From NCBI GenBank assembly GCA_958413455.1, contig CATYUU010000004.1, positions 8 through 64,007 of the forward strand: a stretch of DNA of 64,000 nucleotides, in the 5' to 3' direction. Both the position numbers and the translations under genes were made by a program. The notes below the pieces were generated by a model. That model saw only the letters and a program-made list of their open reading frames with translations. It was not told the DNA's origin and did no database searches. Origin of the DNA: an uncultured Collinsella sp. Its GTDB lineage: Bacteria > Actinomycetota > Coriobacteriia > Coriobacteriales > Coriobacteriaceae. Shown in pieces: positions 58,318 through 64,000 of the stretch; position 1 is the stretch's first letter, and every line of letters begins with the position of its first letter.

Positions 58318-61043
58318 TCTCGCGCATCGGCTTTACCCTGTTCGACCGCTGGGGCGAGAACATGGGGCGCTTAGCTTACACTGCCGCAACACACACCGAA
58401 GCGCTCGACGGAACCGATGAGCTTAAGATCACGTGCGGTCGCGAGCTTTCCAAGGGCCAGCGTGTCGTTTGGGTAGACCGTCACGGCAATGCGCACGAGC
58501 ATCTTGTCGATGAGGTCTCTCAGGTTCACGACGAAAGCGGCAAGACCTACTGCAAAGCCGTCTGCATAAACTCCATCGCCGAGCTGCTCGATGACTATAT
58601 AGAAGATAAGCGGCCTAGCGGCGGCGTGGCCGAAGCGCTCGCGTCCATCTTGGGCGGCACGCGCTGGGAAGTCGGAACATGCGATCTCAAGGCCAGCGCA
58701 TCGCATACGTTCTACCACGTGAGCGTTCGCGAGGGATTGACAGACCTCATCGCGACATGGGGTGGCGAGCTTGAGACGCGCATCGAGACCGACGGCGTTA
58801 AGGTCACGCATCGCTGCATCGGCGTGCGCGCTTCGCGCGGCGACCAGCAAAGCCCTAAACGCTTCACATGGACGAAGGACATCGTTGACATAAAGCGCAC
58901 CGTCGGCAGCGCAAATCCAAAGACACGCATCTACGGCTACGGCAAGGGCGTGGAAACCGACACAGGCGGCTACGGTCGCCGCCTGACGTTCGGCGACATC
59001 AACGGCGGCAAGGACTATATAGAGGATGCAGAAGCCACCAAGGTTTGGGGCCATCCTGACGGAAGCGGCGGAATCTTGCCTGCCGTTGATACGTACGTCA
59101 ACGAGCAGTGCGAGGATGCCGCTCAGCTTTTGAAGGAGACGCAAGACTATCTCGACACCGTAAAGGAGCCGACAGTCTCTTACGAAGCCAACGTGCTCGA
59201 CCTGTACGCCTACGGGCGCACGTGGGAAGGCGTGGCGCTGGGCGATTGTGTGGCGATTATTGACAAGCAATTCGCAGAGAGCGGGATACGCCTTAAGGGG
59301 CGCGTCTCGCAGATTGAGCGCGATTTGGTGACCGCCGATACCACGGTGACATTCGGCAACCTGGTCGATGCGCTCACCGACATGTGGGAGACGGTCGCGG
59401 GTGCGCTGAAATCAGGCGCGGCTTCTCGGGCGAACTTTGATGCCGTGGCGAATCCCTCCGTCGGCTGGTTGCAGCTTTTACAATCAGCCCTCAACAAGCA
59501 ATTCAACGCCGTGGGCACGTACAAAGTCGAATCTTTCGAGCTGGGACAGATTTTCAGCAATGTTGCGCTGAACCCCGAGACGGGCACGCCAGTCAAAACG
59601 ACGTCCAACATGTGGGCGGTTAACATCAACGGCATGGGTATCCGCCTGGCATCTTCGCTCACCGCCAACGGCGAGTGGTCTTGGACAACGTTCATCACGG
59701 GCCAAAGCGTCAATGCCGACTGCATCAACGTCGGAACCATGCACGCCGACCGCGTTCGCGCCGGCTTGCTCACCGACGAGAAGGGAAAGAACTTTTGGGA
59801 CTTCGACACGGGCGAGTTTCAGCTTTCGCCAGGTGACGTGAACTATGGCGATAACGGTTGGACGCTCGAAGGCGTTGTGAACGACCTCGACAATAGGGCG
59901 AGCAACAACGCAAGCGACATCAAAAGCCTTGGCACCGCCTCAGCCGATGCGCTCAAGGAGCTGACCGAGAACCTTGGCGAGACCGACAAGTCGCTATCAG
60001 AGCTAAAGACATCGATCAACGACCTCGACGGAAGCGTCAACAACCTCGCGAGCGACGGCGTGGTGACTGAAGCCGAGAAAGCCGCCGTCAACAAGATTCT
60101 GCAAACGATCGAGAAGGAGCAATCCGACCTTTCGAGCGAGTACAGCATTCTAACCAAGAGCACTTCGCTCAACGAGCAATTCAAACTGAACGTTTTGGTG
60201 CCGAAATACGATGCCGCATTTGGAGAGAATCAGGCGTACGACAACCTGAAAGACTGCATTGACATTGTGCTCGCCTGCAAAACGGCGGATGAGCTCAAGA
60301 CTGCGATGGTCGATTATAAGAGCGCCTACAGCACCTATGCGAGCGCGATCAACACGTATCACTCGGCGGCGTACTACGCGAAGAGCATCATCGAGCAATC
60401 GAAGGCCAAAGCGACGGCGCAGGGGCTTTTGAGCGACTACGACGATGCATGGACGCAGAACAAGGTGTTCAACCTCCTGACGAACAACGGCAAGACGCAG
60501 GGCGTTTTCATGAAGAACGGCCTTGTGTACATCAACGCGTCGTATATGTCTGCTGGAATCATCGCTGATGCAGCCATGCGGAACAGCTGGAATCTAAAAA
60601 CTGGCGCATTCTCGACGAACTATATGACAGCGAACAACATCACGGCGAAGGGCACTTTTCGCTGTGGATATGAAAGCTATTACACGATACTGAACTCCGC
60701 TGGTCAGATGAGCGGATACAGAACCGACAATAACAGGACGAGAAGCGTTGGATATATCGACTATTCGAGCTCTGCCAGGGACACGTCTACAGGAGAGTTG
60801 ATGTACGGCCTTCAACTGCAAGCCGAAGGCATCGTGCGCATATCATCGCCGAGAATATCGACGGCTTCGAGCTCCAATACGAGCGTAACGACAACTCAAG
60901 GATGGACTGGACACATCAACCAACCGCTCATCTCCGAGCTCCACGATGCAGGCAACGGAACGGTTGGATGGCACTACGGAACGATGCAGTTGAGATACAT
61001 CAACGGCATCCTCGTTGGCTACAGCACCGTCGGAACCGGATAG
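58308..61043 (+). CDS. Tail-associated (Tal/endopeptidase-type) spike protein
   Basis: TRIYGYGKG, LGDCVAIID, TVTFGN gp27-like N-terminus followed by a long extension. Confidence 0.8.
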   Translation: MALISRIGFTLFDRWGENMGRLAYTAATHTEALDGTDELKITCGRELSKGQRVVWVDRHGNAHEHLVDEVSQVHDESGKTYCKAVCINSIAELLDDYIEDKRPSGGVAEALASILGGTRWEVGTCDLKASASHTFYHVSVREGLTDLIATWGGELETRIETDGVKVTHRCIGVRASRGDQQSPKRFTWTKDIVDIKRTVGSANPKTRIYGYGKGVETDTGGYGRRLTFGDINGGKDYIEDAEATKVWGHPDGSGGILPAVDTYVNEQCEDAAQLLKETQDYLDTVKEPTVSYEANVLDLYAYGRTWEGVALGDCVAIIDKQFAESGIRLKGRVSQIERDLVTADTTVTFGNLVDALTDMWETVAGALKSGAASRANFDAVANPSVGWLQLLQSALNKQFNAVGTYKVESFELGQIFSNVALNPETGTPVKTTSNMWAVNINGMGIRLASSLTANGEWSWTTFITGQSVNADCINVGTMHADRVRAGLLTDEKGKNFWDFDTGEFQLSPGDVNYGDNGWTLEGVVNDLDNRASNNASDIKSLGTASADALKELTENLGETDKSLSELKTSINDLDGSVNNLASDGVVTEAEKAAVNKILQTIEKEQSDLSSEYSILTKSTSLNEQFKLNVLVPKYDAAFGENQAYDNLKDCIDIVLACKTADELKTAMVDYKSAYSTYASAINTYHSAAYYAKSIIEQSKAKATAQGLLSDYDDAWTQNKVFNLLTNNGKTQGVFMKNGLVYINASYMSAGIIADAAMRNSWNLKTGAFSTNYMTANNITAKGTFRCGYESYYTILNSAGQMSGYRTDNNRTRSVGYIDYSSSARDTSTGELMYGLQLQAEGIVRISSPRISTASSSNTSVTTTQGWTGHINQPLISELHDAGNGTVGWHYGTMQLRYINGILVGYSTVGTG

Positions 61044-61055
61044 AAAGGAATGCGC

Positions 61056-61451
61056 ATGGCGAAAATCGTTAGATACTGGGCTCATGATCCTGTCGGAAAC
61101 ATCGAGAACATGTTGCAGAGTTTCGATAAGGAGCAGCTGCAAAAAGGAGAGGAAGCGGGCATCGTGTTCGTCGCTGAATACGACGACGGAACTCGCTCCA
61201 TTGTCAAGGCGGTCGACGTTGTTGAACCTCAGACGTTCTCGAACGATGGCGGCATCACCCTGGTTCTGCCTTCATACGTGGATGAGCGAACTTCCGCGAC
61301 AGTCGCTTGCTTCGATGCGCTCGCGGAAATTGTTAATCCGTCGGTCGCAACGTCTTCCGCTGATGACGCCGAAGCGGAAGTCGACCCGATTAAGGTGTTT
61401 ATGGCCGCGATTGAGAAGCTTCGTGCCCTCAAAACTGGCGGCGATGCCTAA
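61056..61451 (+). CDS. Hypothetical tail-region protein
   Basis: AAGGA RBS; packed in the operon. Confidence 0.6.
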   Translation: MAKIVRYWAHDPVGNIENMLQSFDKEQLQKGEEAGIVFVAEYDDGTRSIVKAVDVVEPQTFSNDGGITLVLPSYVDERTSATVACFDALAEIVNPSVATSSADDAEAEVDPIKVFMAAIEKLRALKTGGDA

Positions 61452-62251
61452 TGAACATGCAGACAATCGAGCTTGACGTCGACAAGCGCGGATGCGGGAA
61501 CAACTGCATCCGCATCGCGCAGGGCGAGAGCGGCGGCACCACCATCAAGGCGCTCGTCTACGACAACGGTACCGAGTTCGCGCTTGCGGGCTATACTGCC
61601 TACCTTGTGGCGCGACTGCCTGACCGCATCCATTACTACAAGGGAACAGCAACCGTTTCGGGAAACACGGTCACACACGTATGCGAGGAAAGCAAGCTCG
61701 CGTGCGTCCCAGGCTACACCGACGAAGCATATTTCGAATTCACCAAAGGTTCGCAAACGGTGCAGACCGAGCGTTTCGCGCTCGATATTATGCGCGACGC
61801 CCGCGAAGGCAACGCGCCCGCGCAATCTTGGGACAACGCCGTCAAAGCGTTAGAGCAACGCGCAGAAGCAGCCGTTTCGAAGGGCGAGAAGGCCGCGACC
61901 GACGCGACTGCCGCAGCCAACAACGCCAACGCCGCCGTGAACATCTGCAAGAGCGCCACCGCAGCCGCCAACACGGCAACCAGCAAGGCCAACGCGGCGA
62001 CTAAAAGCGCGAACGACGCCACCGCAGCCGCCAACACCGCCAAAGCGAACGCCGATGCGGCAACCGATGCCGCGAAGACGGCTACCAACGCCGCAAACGC
62101 ATCGAAGGACAGCGCCGACGAAGCGGCGGCAGATGCTCGCAAGGCCGCCGAGGAAGCTCGCGGCTCAATCAGCCCCGACAAGCGCATCTATCTTGCCTAC
62201 GACACCGTGGGCGATACCGAGTACATCACACTAGTGGACACGGAGGATTAG
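61451..62251 (+). CDS. BppU-like upper baseplate/fibre protein with Ala-rich coiled coil
   Basis: IAQGESGG..IKA N-terminal domain; heptad AANTA repeats; 21-bp DNA repeat at 61954-61974 and 62017-62037. Confidence 0.65.
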   Translation: MNMQTIELDVDKRGCGNNCIRIAQGESGGTTIKALVYDNGTEFALAGYTAYLVARLPDRIHYYKGTATVSGNTVTHVCEESKLACVPGYTDEAYFEFTKGSQTVQTERFALDIMRDAREGNAPAQSWDNAVKALEQRAEAAVSKGEKAATDATAAANNANAAVNICKSATAAANTATSKANAATKSANDATAAANTAKANADAATDAAKTATNAANASKDSADEAAADARKAAEEARGSISPDKRIYLAYDTVGDTEYITLVDTED

Positions 62252-62253
62252 GC

Positions 62254-63816
62254 ATGGCGAAGACGCACATTGCGGACCACGAGACGCTTGAGCGCGTGGC
62301 AATCGCGCTCGAATCCATGGGGGCTTCGACAGTCCCCATTTTTAATGATGAAACTGGACGCTATACGAACTCGAGCATCGCCGCATGGCTCGCAAAGATG
62401 CGCGATGGAAAGAATTATGGCGTCAGTATTCCGAAAGGCAGCTCTACCGCCTGCGCGAAGACAGGCGCGAACGCTGGCATCGCCAACCCGAAGCCTGGCG
62501 TCATCGGTCGCGCGGCGGTAGACCCGTACGTCGGCCACGGCGCGTTTCTCTTCTTCGAGGTGAACGGCGGCGTGGATGCCGACGGCATGCCCTATGTCAC
62601 GGCGATCGACGGCGATGGCCGTTTTAGCCGCAAGGATGACACATGGATTCTGACGCCCGTTCTCTACACGCTTGAGACCGAGACCGATGATGCGGTGAAC
62701 CTCACCGTCTCGGATACGCGCCAGCCTGGCATGAAGCGCCAGCCCGCCGCGCTGCTTCCCAACGGGGCGCAGCGTCCCTACATGCTTTATGCGAAATACG
62801 CCCTCTCGGTCGATGCCGACGGCAATCCGCGCAGCGTGAGCGGCGCGCCTGTGAAGACGCGCAGCGTGAGCCACGACGGCGGCGTTTCGCTCATGAAGAC
62901 TGCCACCACGGGCGACGCGCTCAAGGTCGCCGCCGATGACTGGTACGTGAAGGCGATGTTCTTGCTCAAGTACGCTACCAAAAATAGCCAGAGCATCCTC
63001 ACTGGATGCACGGCCTACGATGTGACCACCGCGCCAACCGTTGCCGAGAGTAATACCACGCGCGTGGTCATCGCGAAGGACAAGGCCGACCAAATCATAG
63101 TCGGCTCTGCGATGATGCTCGGCACGCACACGGGGGACAGCGCCGACCGTGGCTATAGCTATAACTGCGACATCTTCGACGGCGCTAAGGTCATCAGGAA
63201 GGTCGCAGTCGATGCTTCGAACGTCGCGATCTACTTCGATGTCGCGACGCCATTCAATACCGCTACCACCTACCAGCTTGCGACTTCGCCGTGGAACACT
63301 GGCGCGTGCGACATGGTTGAGGGAGACGGCTCGCCGACGAGCTGCACCGACTCCAAGCAGCCGTTCGTCATCCAGGGCGTCGAGCTTGGCTTGGGCATGT
63401 ACGAGGTCCTTGGAAACGTGCTCATCCAATACACGGGCAGCGGCACTGTCGTGTGGGTCAATCCCGACACCAAGAACGAGAAGTCTGGCAGCATGCCAGA
63501 TTCGGCGCTAAACGCTGGCGCGTTCCCTGGCCCCGCTGGCGAAGGCTGGAACTACGGCCTTTACCCGAAGACCTTCCACGGCTTGATGATGCAGCAGGGA
63601 ACGGGCGCGTCAACGTCCGTCGGCATCTGCGACGGCAACTACAAGGTCGCGGACACCACCGTCGGATGGCGAGAGTGGCTTTCCCTCGGCGGCTTGTGGC
63701 ACTGGGGCAGTGCTGGCCTTTGGTACGTCGACGGCGGCAGCGGCACCGGCAACACCTGGTGGTACATCGGCTCGCGCCGCTCTGCAAATGGTCGCTCAAG
63801 GGGTGAAGCGGCGTAA
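62254..63816 (+). CDS. DGR target protein, putative receptor-binding/tail fibre protein with variable C-terminus
   Basis: End of the tail module; C-terminal GG.W..G..AGLW.......G.R pattern typical of CLec-fold VRs; its 3' end is the VR. Confidence 0.85.
   Translation: MAKTHIADHETLERVAIALESMGASTVPIFNDETGRYTNSSIAAWLAKMRDGKNYGVSIPKGSSTACAKTGANAGIANPKPGVIGRAAVDPYVGHGAFLFFEVNGGVDADGMPYVTAIDGDGRFSRKDDTWILTPVLYTLETETDDAVNLTVSDTRQPGMKRQPAALLPNGAQRPYMLYAKYALSVDADGNPRSVSGAPVKTRSVSHDGGVSLMKTATTGDALKVAADDWYVKAMFLLKYATKNSQSILTGCTAYDVTTAPTVAESNTTRVVIAKDKADQIIVGSAMMLGTHTGDSADRGYSYNCDIFDGAKVIRKVAVDASNVAIYFDVATPFNTATTYQLATSPWNTGACDMVEGDGSPTSCTDSKQPFVIQGVELGLGMYEVLGNVLIQYTGSGTVVWVNPDTKNEKSGSMPDSALNAGAFPGPAGEGWNYGLYPKTFHGLMMQQGTGASTSVGICDGNYKVADTTVGWREWLSLGGLWHWGSAGLWYVDGGSGTGNTWWYIGSRRSANGRSRGEAA
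63676..63778 (+). repeat. DGR variable repeat (VR)
   Basis: 103 bp matching 63889-63991 without gaps; 12 mismatches, all opposite TR adenines. Confidence 0.95.
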
Positions 63817-63840
63817 GCCGCGAGGGGGCGCAAGCCCCCT
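63808..63840 (+). other. Tandem GC-rich hairpins downstream of VR/IMH
   Basis: GCGGC-GTAA-GCCGC (63808-63821) and AGGGGGC-GCAA-GCCCCCT (63823-63840). Confidence 0.75.
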
Positions 63841-63888
63841 TCTGTAGGCAAAACAGGGATTCGCGGCGCGCGGGCTGTCATGTTCTCT

Positions 63889-64000
63889 TGGCTTTCCCTC
63901 GGCAACTTGAGGAACAGGGGCAATGCTGGCCTTTGGTACGTCAACGGCAACAACGGCACCGGCAACACCAGGTGGAACATCGGCTCGCGCCTATCTGGAA
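63889..64000 (+). ncRNA. DGR template repeat (TR; IMH* at the window edge)
   Basis: AAC/AAT/AGG-rich copy of the VR, 213 bp downstream. Confidence 0.92.

Larger units (their letters stand above)
36281..64000. mobile_element. Temperate siphovirus prophage (left end near 36281; right end beyond the window)
   Basis: Integrase, repressor/cro, replication, HNH/terminase, portal, protease, capsid and tail modules in canonical order next to a tRNA; GCCCACCA plus terminator at the left boundary. Confidence 0.95.

Noticed and set aside
61860..62160. Ala/Asn/Thr-rich repeats as a nucleic-acid repeat array
   Set aside because: Explained by heptad coiled-coil coding repeats in a tail protein
58308..62251. 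Possible second DGR variable region in the Tal or BppU-like gene ends
   Set aside because: By-eye comparison found no TR-like sequence; a formal alignment was not run
63676..64000. VR/TR pair as a simple tandem duplication or CRISPR-like repeat
   Set aside because: Only two copies, no spacers, and the mismatches are strictly adenine-specific
1..64000. CRISPR array, rRNA, IS transposase, reverse transcriptase, lysis genes
   Set aside because: None detected in the window; the RT, lysis cassette and attR are expected beyond position 64000

Overview
High-GC actinobacterial chromosome. Gene content and codon style fit Coriobacteriia such as Collinsella, which is an inference. Bases ~1-35.9 kb are host backbone, mostly on the minus strand: asnB-murE-HAD-murI-rph-rdgB-dtd, veg-ispE-tRNA-Pro-tatA, greA-lysS, a ThrE exporter, a CoA-activase with TetR, clpC, pepD, and disA-ispD-ispF-cysS-rlmB-NYN. 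Interspersed are three toxin-antitoxin-like loci (an HTH-HipA-like kinase fusion, hipBA, and RelB-like/PIN) and mntP under a yybP-ykoY riboswitch. From ~36.28 kb to the window end lies a temperate siphovirus prophage integrated just downstream of tRNA-Val(TAC), next to a tRNA-derived repeat. It carries a serine integrase, a cI/cro switch with four operators, and a replication module with a putative origin. It also has a second (tyrosine) recombinase next to a phage-borne actinobacterial IHF, ssb, dUTPase, HNH-cos-terminase, an HK97-type head and a long tail. The headline signal is at the right edge: a diversity-generating retroelement. The 3' end of the putative receptor-binding gene (VR 63676-63778) is copied 213 bp downstream (TR 63889-63991). 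All 12 differences fall at TR adenines, and two GNRA-loop hairpins follow the VR. The reverse transcriptase is not in this window and is predicted just beyond it.
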